A stretch of DNA of 64,000 bases. Origin: Erysipelotrichaceae bacterium. Its GTDB lineage: Bacteria; Bacillota_I; Bacilli_A; Erysipelotrichales; Erysipelotrichaceae. Positions 1 to 9,203 of this stretch are shown here, in pieces. The stretch spans positions 12,443 through 76,442 of the forward strand of contig JAVXTH010000003.1 of the NCBI GenBank assembly GCA_036642795.1. Reading direction: 5' to 3'. The stretch's first letter is position 1. Every line of letters begins with the position of its first letter. The notes beneath the pieces are model-generated. The model did not search any database. It saw only the letters and a list, made by a program, of their open reading frames with translations, and had not been told where the DNA came from. Both the position numbers and the translations under genes were made by a program.

Positions 1-1
1 T

Positions 2-724
2 ATGGTTATGGAAGCCTTAAAACATGGGAAACATGTTATGTGTGAAAAACCATTTATGATTCATGCAGAGCAAGTAAAAGAAGCTTTTCATTATGCGAAA
101 ACGCATCATTTATTATTAATGGAAGCTTTTAAAGCTAATTTTTTACCTACGACAAAACAAGTGAAAAAATGGATGGAAACGGGTGCAATTGGGAAAGTTC
201 GCTATCTTGAAGCAAGTTATTCATATAAGTTTCAAGGTCCTCAAGATCATTGGGTTTATCAAAAACAAGATGGTGGTGGCGGTTTATACGATGTAGGTAT
301 TTATCCTCTTGGCTATTGTAACTATTTGATAAATAGTCCTATCCTTGATTTTAAAGCAAGTTCAATTTTAAATGAAAGTGGTGTCGATGATTTAACCCAA
401 GTACTTCTAACCTATGAAAACCAAGTGATGGCATCCATTCGTGGTGGCATTGGTTTAGCAACAAAGAATATTGCTTATATCTATGGTGATTGTGGTTATA
501 TTGAAGTACCTGATTTTTGGAAGAGTGAAAAAGCTTATCTACATCAAGGAGATCAAATAACTGTATTTGAAGAAAAACATGAAAAATGCGAATTTAAATA
601 TCAAATTCAAGCTTTTGTGAATGATCTTTTAAATCATTTAGAAGAAGATGAAATTATGAGTGAAGCAGTATCTTATGAAAATGTTAGGATAATGGAAGCG
701 AGTGTGAAAATGAACGATGAATGA
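2..724 (+). CDS. Gfo/Idh/MocA family NAD(P)-dependent oxidoreductase (5' end cut by window)
   Basis: ORF runs off the window start. It carries the MCEKPF (EKP) motif typical of Gfo/Idh/MocA enzymes, followed by the C-terminal alpha/beta domain. Confidence 0.75.
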   Translation: MVMEALKHGKHVMCEKPFMIHAEQVKEAFHYAKTHHLLLMEAFKANFLPTTKQVKKWMETGAIGKVRYLEASYSYKFQGPQDHWVYQKQDGGGGLYDVGIYPLGYCNYLINSPILDFKASSILNESGVDDLTQVLLTYENQVMASIRGGIGLATKNIAYIYGDCGYIEVPDFWKSEKAYLHQGDQITVFEEKHEKCEFKYQIQAFVNDLLNHLEEDEIMSEAVSYENVRIMEASVKMNDE

Positions 725-1364
725 GTTATATCAATTAAATCAAGAAGAGATTAATCATTTATATATTAATCTTGCGAAAAACTTTCAAGAAGATCCACTC
801 TTTAAAGTTGTATTTCCAGTAAAGAAAAAACGTTTAGCGATTATGCAACGCTTACTTCGCTATTATATAAAAGCGATTCAACCTTTTGCGCATTTTTATA
901 GTGATGATAAGAAGTGTAACAGTGTTATGATTATCTTTGATGAAAGAATTAATAATAAAATAAATTATTATTGGCGTTTGGTATGTTTTAATTTAAAATT
1001 AACGATGTTAATTAAAGATATTCAAAACTTAGAAGAAATCATTCATGCATTAAAATGTTATGGAATGTTTACAAGTAGTTGGGTTAAAGATTTTGAAAAC
1101 AAAGCTTATTTACATCTTGATTTAATCTATACGGTTAAAAGAAAACGTAAAACGGGATGTAGCACTCACTTGATGAATGAGTTAGTAGCTTATGCTTTCG
1201 CTCATCAATTGGATATTACCGTTGAAACAAACAATCCGGATAATGTATCCTATTTTGAACATTTTGGATTCACTTTAATGAGTACGATAACAAACGATGA
1301 TTACGAAGTAGCACAGTATTGTTTAATGAAAAAATGGAAGGAGATCGAGGATGTTAAGAAATAG
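717..1364 (+). CDS. GNAT-like acetyltransferase-fold protein (weak call)
   Basis: Overlaps both neighbours by 8 and 14 nt, so it looks operonic. The C-terminal segment VKRKRKTGCSTHLMNELVAYA...FEHFGF resembles GNAT motif A (R-x-x-G-x-S/A). Confidence 0.45.
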   Translation: MNELYQLNQEEINHLYINLAKNFQEDPLFKVVFPVKKKRLAIMQRLLRYYIKAIQPFAHFYSDDKKCNSVMIIFDERINNKINYYWRLVCFNLKLTMLIKDIQNLEEIIHALKCYGMFTSSWVKDFENKAYLHLDLIYTVKRKRKTGCSTHLMNELVAYAFAHQLDITVETNNPDNVSYFEHFGFTLMSTITNDDYEVAQYCLMKKWKEIEDVKK

Positions 1365-2397
1365 AATTGTGGAATTCTGGCAGGAGTTTAAAAAAATCCA
1401 AGGCCCATTAGAAATAGCCATTCGTGAGGAAAATCATCCTTTGATTCATGATATCATTGAACCTTTAAACGATCAGGCACTAAAGTTATTTGGTTGTCGA
1501 TTTATCGTTGATGAAGAAGATGATTTCTTTGAGTTAACCTTTGATACTGGTGGGAATAAAACAATTCAGTATATCTGTGATGCGATTAAACACAATGCAC
1601 CACAATCACTCTTAGAAAACTGGATTGTGAATAGTTATATTCATCCCTGTTCGCATCGAGCAGCGCATATGTCTTTAAGCGTGAAAGATATCGAATACAG
1701 TGGCTTAGATTTCAAAGTATATTATACAATTGATGATAATATCAAAGCACTTCATTTAAAAGTATACAGTCCAGCTTTTAAAGACATGGAAGAACGGCGT
1801 CAAAAGCAGATAACGGGCTATATGTTACAACTCTTTGTCGGTGAATTAGAAATGGAAGCACGAATTGCTAGTGTTGAAGTTATTCAAAAGGAATGCGATG
1901 ACGAAAATGTTGTCCTTTTACCAAATTTATATGAAGATATCTGTGATATTATCGTTGATAAAGATTGGCATGAATACCATGATCCAACGCAAATCTACAG
2001 TGTTTATAAATTAAATGAAGAAGTAAAAGGTAGTGGAGTTCGTAAAGATATGTTAGTTGTTGCTACTTCTAATCCAATCTTATTTGAAGAAATTCAAAAT
2101 AATGAATTTGATTCTTGTCAAGATTTAAAGGATAAAGAAGGGGAATATGGATATATCTATTATGAACATGCAAAGGATGGAGAAGCAATTGCTTTATTAA
2201 ATTCTCAATTAGAAAAAGAAATTCATGAATTATTATATCCTTTGACCATCGCACGTACCATTGGTAGTGCGATTGGAACCGTTTATTGTTATATTGAACT
2301 TGCGATATTTGATAAACCAGCTTTTTTAGAAGCACTTAAGAAAATGAATGAAAAATTGAATCTTGATTTATATTATCGTAATTTTATGGATTTATAA
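1351..2397 (+). CDS. Hypothetical protein, 348 aa, no motif recognised
   Basis: Long uninterrupted ORF. Its start overlaps the upstream stop. Cytoplasmic, acidic composition. No catalytic signature recognised. Confidence 0.6.
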   Translation: MLRNRIVEFWQEFKKIQGPLEIAIREENHPLIHDIIEPLNDQALKLFGCRFIVDEEDDFFELTFDTGGNKTIQYICDAIKHNAPQSLLENWIVNSYIHPCSHRAAHMSLSVKDIEYSGLDFKVYYTIDDNIKALHLKVYSPAFKDMEERRQKQITGYMLQLFVGELEMEARIASVEVIQKECDDENVVLLPNLYEDICDIIVDKDWHEYHDPTQIYSVYKLNEEVKGSGVRKDMLVVATSNPILFEEIQNNEFDSCQDLKDKEGEYGYIYYEHAKDGEAIALLNSQLEKEIHELLYPLTIARTIGSAIGTVYCYIELAIFDKPAFLEALKKMNEKLNLDLYYRNFMDL

Positions 2398-2483
2398 TTA
2401 ATTTAATTTTTTTCTTAAAAAATATATACGGGTAAGTATGCATGTGATAAAATAACCCTGTAAAAAAATGGAGGCGCAATAAA

Positions 2484-3164
2484 ATGAAAAAAGTTTATGA
2501 AGGTAAGACTAAAAATGTATTTGCTTTAGATAATGGTAATTACTTACTAGCGTTTAAGGATGATGTAACGGGAGAAAATGGTGTATTTGATCCAGGTGCT
2601 AATACGGTTGGCTTACAAATCGAAGGAATTGGCCGTGCGAACTTAAGAACGAGCATTTATTATTTTGAAAAGATTCATGCAGCAGGTATTAAAACACAGT
2701 ATGTAAATGCCGATGTTGATAAATGTGAAATGGAAGTATTACCAGCAACAACCTTTGGAAAAGGCTTGGAAGTAATCTGTCGTTATCGTGCCGTAGGAAG
2801 CTTTTATCGCCGTTATAGCGACTACATTGAAGAAGGCGCTAAACTAGATGGTGGCTATGTCGAAATGACCTTTAAAAACGATGATTTAGGCGATCCAATT
2901 GTCACAAAAGAAGGCTTAGTTGCTTTACATGTAATGAGTGAAAAGCAATTTGAAGAAGTAAAAGCAAAAACCCTTGCGATTACTAAAATCGTTGCAGACG
3001 ATTTAAAAACAAAAGGCTTAGATTTATATGATATTAAATTTGAATATGGATTCTATCAAGATGAAGTAATCTTAATTGATGAAATTGCTTCCGGTAATAT
3101 GCGTGTTTATAAAGATGGAGAAATTGTTGATCCAATGGATTTAACGGCAATGATTTTAGCTTAA
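2484..3164 (+). CDS. purC: SAICAR synthase (PurC)-like protein, divergent
   Basis: GGAGG RBS. Carries the PurC landmarks [29 protein letters not shown] and LYDIKFEYG...LIDEI in the canonical order. The C-terminus and the segment after KDD differ from canonical PurC. Confidence 0.6.
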   Translation: MKKVYEGKTKNVFALDNGNYLLAFKDDVTGENGVFDPGANTVGLQIEGIGRANLRTSIYYFEKIHAAGIKTQYVNADVDKCEMEVLPATTFGKGLEVICRYRAVGSFYRRYSDYIEEGAKLDGGYVEMTFKNDDLGDPIVTKEGLVALHVMSEKQFEEVKAKTLAITKIVADDLKTKGLDLYDIKFEYGFYQDEVILIDEIASGNMRVYKDGEIVDPMDLTAMILA

Positions 3165-3171
3165 ATGCTCG

Positions 3172-3199
3172 AAAAGATATGATTAAAATCATATCTTTT
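3172..3199. terminator. Bidirectional intrinsic terminator between convergent purC-like and sigK genes
   Basis: 12-bp stem AAAAGATATGAT/ATCATATCTTTT with loop TAAA, flanked by an A-run and a T-run. It overlaps the last sigK codons. Confidence 0.6.
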
Positions 3200-3887
3200 T
3201 TTCATTCTTCTTAAATTCTCGATAGATCTTCATAAAAGCTCTTTTTTCAATTCTTGAAACATAAGATCTTGAAATATGCATCGCTTGGGCAATTTCTCTT
3301 TGCGTTTGTTCTCTTTGTCCATATAAACCAAAACGTTTGGTAACAATCGATAACTCTCTAGCATCTAATACATGAATAAAGACGTTGAGTTTATCAATAT
3401 TATCTTTTAATAACATCGTATCGATAATTGATTTATCGCAGGGAGATGCAATCGCATCAATTAAGGTGATTTCACTCCCATCTTTATCTTGTGCAATTGG
3501 ATCATTTAAAGAAACATTTTGAAAATAATGCTTGGCGGAACGTAAATACATTAATATTTCATTTTCAATGCATCGCGAAGCATAGGTGGTAAGTTTGTGA
3601 CCTTTTTCTGGCTTAAAGGAATCTACTGCTTTAATTAAACCAATGGTTCCAATGGAAATTAAATCTTCTCTTTGTTCCTTTTTAATATCGTATTTCTTTA
3701 CAATATGAGCAACCAAGCGAAGATTGTGTTCAATTAATTGATTTCTTGCTTCTTCATCTTTATCTACCAACAAAGAAATGTAATGAGCTTCATCTTCTTT
3801 ATTCAATGGTTGAAGAAAAGAATTGCTTTTAATATAGCCGATATAACATAATGCGGATGACATTAAATCTAAGATTAATGAAAACAT
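3189..3887 (-). CDS. sigK: Sporulation sigma factor SigK precursor (pro-sigma-K), uninterrupted
   Basis: YIKSNSFLQPL pro-sequence junction, then IEHNLRLVAHIVKKY, DLISIGTIGLIKA, TYASRCIENEILM and ISRSYVSRIEKRA, close to B. subtilis SigK. The ATG at 3887 has an AGGTGAG RBS, so it is preferred over the GTG at 3896 in the ORF track. Confidence 0.8.
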   Translation of the reverse strand: MFSLILDLMSSALCYIGYIKSNSFLQPLNKEDEAHYISLLVDKDEEARNQLIEHNLRLVAHIVKKYDIKKEQREDLISIGTIGLIKAVDSFKPEKGHKLTTYASRCIENEILMYLRSAKHYFQNVSLNDPIAQDKDGSEITLIDAIASPCDKSIIDTMLLKDNIDKLNVFIHVLDARELSIVTKRFGLYGQREQTQREIAQAMHISRSYVSRIEKRAFMKIYREFKKNEKKI

Positions 3888-4056
3888 TTTTCTCACCTAG
3901 TTCAATATATGTAAAGGCAAAGCGAATCATACGGATTATTTACTTTATTACGAATATCATTAAACGCATGCAAATCGATGATCTACGTGCGTTTTATCTA
4001 TAATTTTTATTCTAATCATGGTAAACTATAAAGTGTCTTTATAAAGGAGGAAGTTT

Positions 4057-4581
4057 ATGTTGTCATTATTTTGTCCCGATTATTATATTCGATCATTTGC
4101 TACACTTGATTTACATAAATTACAAGCGCGCGGAATCAAACTTTTGATTTGCGATATTGATAATACCCTTGTAGCACATGATATTGCGGTTGCAAATAAT
4201 GACGTCATCGATTTTATAAAAAGAGTCAAAGAAATAGGAATTAAATTAATATTGATTTCTAATAATGTAGAAGAGCGAGTAAAGACATTTGCTGATCCAC
4301 TGCAGGTACCTTATTATTCTTTTGCGATGAAACCTTTAAAGCTTACGTACCAAAAATGTTTAAAAGATAATCCTTATAAACGAGAAGAAATTGCAGTTTT
4401 AGGAGATCAACTCTTAACCGATATCTTTGGCGCAAAGCGAATGAAGTTTTATACAATTTTAAGTAGCCCAGTTGTTTTAAGAGATATGAAATTCACGAAG
4501 ATTAATCGTATCTTTGAAAATATAATTTATTATTTACTAGCAAAGAAGAAATGGCTAGTGAGAGGAGAGTTTGATGAGTAA
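4057..4581 (+). CDS. yqeG: YqeG-family HAD-IIIA phosphatase
   Basis: DIDNTL nucleophile motif, SNN and GDQLLTD motifs, AAGGAGG RBS, and position at the head of a yqe-type operon. Confidence 0.8.
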   Translation: MLSLFCPDYYIRSFATLDLHKLQARGIKLLICDIDNTLVAHDIAVANNDVIDFIKRVKEIGIKLILISNNVEERVKTFADPLQVPYYSFAMKPLKLTYQKCLKDNPYKREEIAVLGDQLLTDIFGAKRMKFYTILSSPVVLRDMKFTKINRIFENIIYYLLAKKKWLVRGEFDE

Positions 4582-5659
4582 ACGTTGTATCGGCTGTGGA
4601 ATTATGTTACAAGATAGCGATGAAGATCAATTAGGATATACACCGAATATGGAAAAGGATTATTGTAAACGTTGTTTTAGAATCACCCATTATGATGATG
4701 TGAGTATATCAATGAAACAGGGAATTGATGGGGATGAAATATTAAATAAAATTTCTAAAATGGATGCCTTAATTCTTTGGGTTGTAGATTTATTCGACTT
4801 TGAAGCGAGTTTATTAAAAGGTTTAAATCGTCATTTATTTGGGAAAGATATTGTGATGATTGCGACAAAAAGAGATTTATTACCGGATACGATTGGTGAT
4901 GAAAAACTAACTCAATTTATTCAACAAAGATTAAAAGGGGAAGGTTTACAAGTACAAGGAATCGTTATTTGTAATGATTTAGCAAAAGGTGCTTTCTTAG
5001 ATCATAACCATTCAGTTGAAGAAGTAAAAAAAATGATTACGAAACAACGCTTTGATCGAGATGTTATCGTAATGGGAATGGCGAATGCTGGTAAGAGCAC
5101 ATTATTAAATGCTTTGTTTGGTGCTTCATCAACAAGCTTGACAACATCACGTCATCCAGGCACCACGTTGGATTTTTTGCCAATGTCATTTGAAGGCTAT
5201 ACGATATATGATACACCGGGGATTGCCCGTCTTGATTCTTTGTTATCGTATATTGATGATCAACTATTAAAACAAGTCATTCCTGATCGAGCTTTAAAAG
5301 CGCGGACGTATCAATTGCGCTTGGATCAAAGCATTGCGATTGGTGGCTTAGTTCGCTTGGATTTATTTAATTGTGAACAAGTGAGTTGCGTTTGTTATTT
5401 TGCCCAAGGTTTAACTATTCACCGTGGGAAACAAGCAAATGGAGATGAATTGTGGAGTAAACATATGGGAGGCATTTTAAAGCCTTCGATTGGTGATAGC
5501 TTTGACGATATGCAGATGTTTGAAAGTACTAAATTTGAAGATAAATTAGATGTTGTTATCCATGGTCTTGGCTGGTTTTGCCTTCATGGTGATGTGGAAA
5601 AGATTCGCGTGTTTGTAGCAAAGAATGTAAATGTAACGTTTAGAAAGGCGATGATTTAA
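4571..5659 (+). CDS. yqeH: Ribosome biogenesis GTPase YqeH
   Basis: N-terminal CxxC...CxRC zinc finger. Circularly permuted GTPase motifs (TKRDL before GMANAGKST). Conserved synteny after yqeG. Confidence 0.85.
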   Translation: MMSKRCIGCGIMLQDSDEDQLGYTPNMEKDYCKRCFRITHYDDVSISMKQGIDGDEILNKISKMDALILWVVDLFDFEASLLKGLNRHLFGKDIVMIATKRDLLPDTIGDEKLTQFIQQRLKGEGLQVQGIVICNDLAKGAFLDHNHSVEEVKKMITKQRFDRDVIVMGMANAGKSTLLNALFGASSTSLTTSRHPGTTLDFLPMSFEGYTIYDTPGIARLDSLLSYIDDQLLKQVIPDRALKARTYQLRLDQSIAIGGLVRLDLFNCEQVSCVCYFAQGLTIHRGKQANGDELWSKHMGGILKPSIGDSFDDMQMFESTKFEDKLDVVIHGLGWFCLHGDVEKIRVFVAKNVNVTFRKAMI

Positions 5660-5943
5660 TGTTAGATACAAAAAAGAAGAAACAACTTAGAACCATAGCT
5701 CATAGTAAAAGTGCTTTATTTCAAGTTGGAAAAGAAGGTATTAGTGAAAACTTAATTAAAACAATTGGTGATTCTTTAGAAGCACATGAATTGATTAAAA
5801 TTTCATTATTAAAAACCTGCCCAATTAATGTAAGAGAAGCTGCTTATGATTTAGCGGGGAATACCCATAGTGAAATTGTTCAAATTATCGGTAGAACTTG
5901 TGTTTTATATCGCCGTAGTAAGAAAAATAAATTGGAGATGTAA
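5659..5943 (+). CDS. yhbY: YhbY/CRM-domain RNA-binding protein
   Basis: 94-aa protein with LR..AH....FQVGK.G and HELIK patterns typical of CRS1/YhbY. Matches the position of yqeI. Confidence 0.8.
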   Translation: MLDTKKKKQLRTIAHSKSALFQVGKEGISENLIKTIGDSLEAHELIKISLLKTCPINVREAAYDLAGNTHSEIVQIIGRTCVLYRRSKKNKLEM

Positions 5944-5945
5944 CG

Positions 5946-6965
5946 ATGCGCATTGTTATTCTGGGAGGAAGTTTTGATCCAATTCATAAGGGTCATCTTC
6001 AAATCGCAAAAGCAGCGCTTGCACAGCATATAGGAGAAGCGGTATGGTTCATGCCGACTTTTGATACGCCATTAAAGCAACAAACATCAACGCCTTTTCA
6101 GGATCGTTTAAAGATGATTGAATGTGCAATTAAACCGTATCGTAAGATGAAATTATGTAATTTAGAAATAATGAGAAAAGGTTGTTCCTATACCATTGAT
6201 AGTGTTAAACAACTACAAAAAATGTATCCAAAGGATACCTTTTTGTGGTTAATTGGAAGTGATCAAGCACAACAATTATCAAAATGGAAAGATATTGATG
6301 AATTATATCAATTGATTCAGTTTTATGTCTATCCACGTAATCAAATAAAGATGGATGCTCATCCACAGTTAAAGCAATTAGCTTTAAAAGAAATTGATAT
6401 AAGTTCAAGTCAAGTTCGTAAAGGTGATTTAACTTCATTAGCTTATCCAACCCGTTCTTATATCGGAGAACATTATTTATATTTAGAAAGCTTGGTTCAA
6501 AGTTGTATGAGTGAAAAACGTTATCAACATAGTGTTAGTGTCGCAAAGTTATGCGTTGAACTTGCTAAGTGTCATAAAGTAGATCCACAAAAAGCTTATG
6601 TTGCTGGTATGTTACACGATGTTTGTAAGGAATGGCCACGTGACAAAGCAGAACGGTTTATGAAGTGCTGGGAAAGTGATAAATGTACCACACCGATGGC
6701 TTTATGGCATGCGGATTTAGCGAGTCATCATGTAGAGCGTTTTTATAAAATAAAGGATCGAGAAATATTATTTGCGATTGCTCATCATGTTATTGGCTCA
6801 ACAAAACAAAAACTAGCAATGATTTTATTCATTGCAGATAAATTAGATCCAAGTCGTGGTTATGATTCAAGTAGTGAAATTGAACAAAGTAAGAAAAACC
6901 TTCGAGCAGGTTATGATTTAGTAAAGCAACAACAACAAACATTTTTAAAAAAAGAAGGGAAATAA
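5946..6965 (+). CDS. nadD: Fused nicotinate-nucleotide adenylyltransferase (NadD) and HD-domain phosphohydrolase (YqeK)
   Basis: The N-terminal half has GGSFDPIHKGH and ISSSQVR (NadD). The C-terminal half has RYQHSVSV...MLHDVCK...HH (YqeK HD domain). One continuous 339-aa ORF. Confidence 0.8.
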   Translation: MRIVILGGSFDPIHKGHLQIAKAALAQHIGEAVWFMPTFDTPLKQQTSTPFQDRLKMIECAIKPYRKMKLCNLEIMRKGCSYTIDSVKQLQKMYPKDTFLWLIGSDQAQQLSKWKDIDELYQLIQFYVYPRNQIKMDAHPQLKQLALKEIDISSSQVRKGDLTSLAYPTRSYIGEHYLYLESLVQSCMSEKRYQHSVSVAKLCVELAKCHKVDPQKAYVAGMLHDVCKEWPRDKAERFMKCWESDKCTTPMALWHADLASHHVERFYKIKDREILFAIAHHVIGSTKQKLAMILFIADKLDPSRGYDSSSEIEQSKKNLRAGYDLVKQQQQTFLKKEGK

Positions 6966-6969
6966 GCAA

Positions 6970-7308
6970 ATGCCAACAATATTAGAAGTGATTAAAAAAG
7001 CAATTGATGAGAAAAAAGGGGAAGGTACCATTTTATATGATTTTAAAGATCATAGCCCTTTTGTCGATTATGTTTTTATTACCTCCGCAAGTAATTCTAC
7101 ACAGGTAAATGCAATTGCTAATTATATCGCAACTTGTGTTAAAGAAAATGGTTATGAAGTTCGAGGAATCGAAGGAAATCAAGGAAGTCCCTGGATTTTA
7201 GTTGATTGCCAACAAGTCATTGTCCATGTTTTTGAAACGGAAGAAAGAGCACTTTATAAGCTTGAAAAGCTTTATGGCGATGTGTTACAAGTGGAACTTA
7301 AACAATGA
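6970..7308 (+). CDS. rsfS: Ribosome silencing factor RsfS
   Basis: 112 aa with DYVFITSA.S..Q..A and W.L.D...VIVHVF patterns. Matches the position of yqeL. Confidence 0.85.
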   Translation: MPTILEVIKKAIDEKKGEGTILYDFKDHSPFVDYVFITSASNSTQVNAIANYIATCVKENGYEVRGIEGNQGSPWILVDCQQVIVHVFETEERALYKLEKLYGDVLQVELKQ

Positions 7309-8009
7309 TCTATCAACAATTAGCTCTTTATTATGATAGTTTAGTGGAAGATCCGATTGCGACTCAAAAATGGGTAGATTTTACGATAAAACATTCTTGT
7401 GGGAAGAAAGTTTTAGATATGGCATGTGGAAGTGGCGACTTCTCAATTGAATTGGCAAAACATGGTTATGAACTGGATGCTTTTGATTTTAGTGAGGAAA
7501 TGTTGAAACAAGCAAAAGCAAAACCAGATAGTGATAAAGTTAATTTTTTTGTTATGGATATGAATAACTACCAAGTGAAAAAGAATTATGATATCGTTAC
7601 ATGCTATTGTGATAGTTTGAATTATTTAATCGAAGATGATGAAATCATCACTTTATTTAAAAAGGTATATCAATGCTTACATACCAAAGGAACCTTTTTG
7701 TTTGATGTTCATTCAATCGATCGTTTGGATGAATTTAAAGAAGAATTCTATGAAGAGGGAACCGTTCATGATTTACAATATGAATGGAGTATTCAAAGTG
7801 ACGATGATCAACTGTATCAGAATTTTATCTTTTTTGATCAACAAGCTCATGCTCAATTGGAACAACATCGACAAAGAGTTTATCAACCAAGTTGGATCAA
7901 GCAACAATTAGAATTGATTGGCTTTAAAGTAGAGATGTTTACTGATTTTGATTTAAAAGGAATTCAACCAGGAGAAAAAATCTTTTTTGTAGGTTTTAAG
8001 GAGGAATAA
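7305..8009 (+). CDS. Class I SAM-dependent methyltransferase (YqeM-like)
   Basis: VLDMACGSGDFS motif I, a D.S..ML motif, and synteny with yqeM. Confidence 0.75.
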   Translation: MIYQQLALYYDSLVEDPIATQKWVDFTIKHSCGKKVLDMACGSGDFSIELAKHGYELDAFDFSEEMLKQAKAKPDSDKVNFFVMDMNNYQVKKNYDIVTCYCDSLNYLIEDDEIITLFKKVYQCLHTKGTFLFDVHSIDRLDEFKEEFYEEGTVHDLQYEWSIQSDDDQLYQNFIFFDQQAHAQLEQHRQRVYQPSWIKQQLELIGFKVEMFTDFDLKGIQPGEKIFFVGFKEE

Positions 8010-8010
8010 A

Positions 8011-8688
8011 ATGATTGCGATTATTGCGGCAATGCAAATTGAATGTGATGCATTATTAAACTATATGGAAGATGTGGAAGTTAAAACACTTCATCAGTTG
8101 GTATTTTATGAAGGAAAACTAAACAAGCACCCAGTGGTTTTAATGCTGAGTGGGGTTGGTAAGGTAAATGCGACGATGTCGACAACGATTTTACTTGATC
8201 GCTATCAGATTGAGTATGTCATCAATATTGGCACAGCAGGAGGCTTAATCGAAACACAGGAAGTATTGGACCTAGTTGTAAGTGATCATGTGATTCAATA
8301 TGATTATGATACATCGGGCATCGATGGGGAAAGTGGTCGAGGAAAACGATTTAAAAGTGATCAACATTTATTAAAGATTGTGGAAGCAGTTTTTAAAGAA
8401 CTAGAACTATCAACATGGGTTGGAAGCATCGCAAGTGGTGATCAATTTATCTGCGATGATCATAAAATTGATGAAATTCTTAATTATTTTCCAGAAGTAA
8501 TTTGTGCTGAGATGGAAGCTGGAGCGATTGCTCAAGTATGCGATCATTTTAACGTAGCTTTTATCGTGATTCGTTCTTTATCCGATATTGCTCATAAAGA
8601 AAATTCACACCTTGATTTCACAACATATGTAAAGAAAGCAAGTGAGCGTTCGGCAATCTTCACCAAAGCAATTATTGAGAAATTATAA
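8011..8688 (+). CDS. mtnN: 5'-methylthioadenosine/S-adenosylhomocysteine nucleosidase
   Basis: MIAIIAAMQ.E N-terminus, SGVGKVNA, GTAGG, EMEAGAIAQV and SD.A motifs. Confidence 0.85.
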   Translation: MIAIIAAMQIECDALLNYMEDVEVKTLHQLVFYEGKLNKHPVVLMLSGVGKVNATMSTTILLDRYQIEYVINIGTAGGLIETQEVLDLVVSDHVIQYDYDTSGIDGESGRGKRFKSDQHLLKIVEAVFKELELSTWVGSIASGDQFICDDHKIDEILNYFPEVICAEMEAGAIAQVCDHFNVAFIVIRSLSDIAHKENSHLDFTTYVKKASERSAIFTKAIIEKL

Positions 8689-8750
8689 TTCTTAGTTAAG
8701 ACAATTCAATTAAAAATAGTGTATAATATATGAAGATAGGAGTGATAATA

Positions 8751-9203
8751 ATGAAATTCAATTTTAATACAATTAGTAAATCTTTATTATTAGTCCTTAT
8801 TTTAGTTTGTGTCCTTTATCTAAATATAGCTAATTTTATTACTGGACCAGTTCAAAAATATGATCACGATATTCAATTGGTTGTCGATAAGATTAAAAGG
8901 GAATACAAAGGTATTGATGAAATAAACCGTCATGCTTTTTCTTATATTACCTATCAAGGAGAATATAAACAACAGATTATGTGGTTTGATGAAAATGGTG
9001 ATCCGATTATGAAACGCAAGGCGAAAACGCGAAAAGATGATAAAGCTCTAGCGATTGCCATACAGGATTATCAATTTGTAAATCCAAAGGTTTCTTTAGG
9101 CTATGGAAAGAAAAATGCTGTTTATGTGATTAAAGAAGCAAAACGAGAATTATATTTAGATTATGATAAATTCACAAAAGTATATTATTGGGAGGGATTG
9201 TAA
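8751..9203 (+). CDS. Membrane-anchored small protein, possibly YpmB/TseB-like (PepSY-type)
   Basis: N-terminal TM helix followed by a soluble domain of about 110 aa. The ATG at 8751 has an AGGAG RBS. The track start at 8730 sits on top of a TATAAT box. Confidence 0.4.
   Translation: MKFNFNTISKSLLLVLILVCVLYLNIANFITGPVQKYDHDIQLVVDKIKREYKGIDEINRHAFSYITYQGEYKQQIMWFDENGDPIMKRKAKTRKDDKALAIAIQDYQFVNPKVSLGYGKKNAVYVIKEAKRELYLDYDKFTKVYYWEGL

Noticed and set aside
3904-3911. CATATATT on the minus strand upstream of sigK, resembling a SigE/SigK-type -10 element
   Set aside because: It sits only about 5 nt from the sigK Shine-Dalgarno sequence, so a transcript started from it would barely include the RBS. 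I could not find a convincing -35 partner.
3949-3956. Exact TACGAATA (streptococcal ComX cin-box core) upstream of yqeG
   Set aside because: A single 8-mer is expected by chance several times in 64 kb of AT-rich DNA. yqeG is not a competence gene, and the ssb paralog, which is the more logical target, has no such box.
4009-4027. TTCTAATCATGGTAAACT, reminiscent of the XerD arm (TTATGTAAACT) of the Firmicutes dif site
   Set aside because: It contains an insertion relative to the arm consensus and has no matching XerC arm or central region. It is better explained as the TGgTAAACT extended -10 promoter of the yqeG operon.
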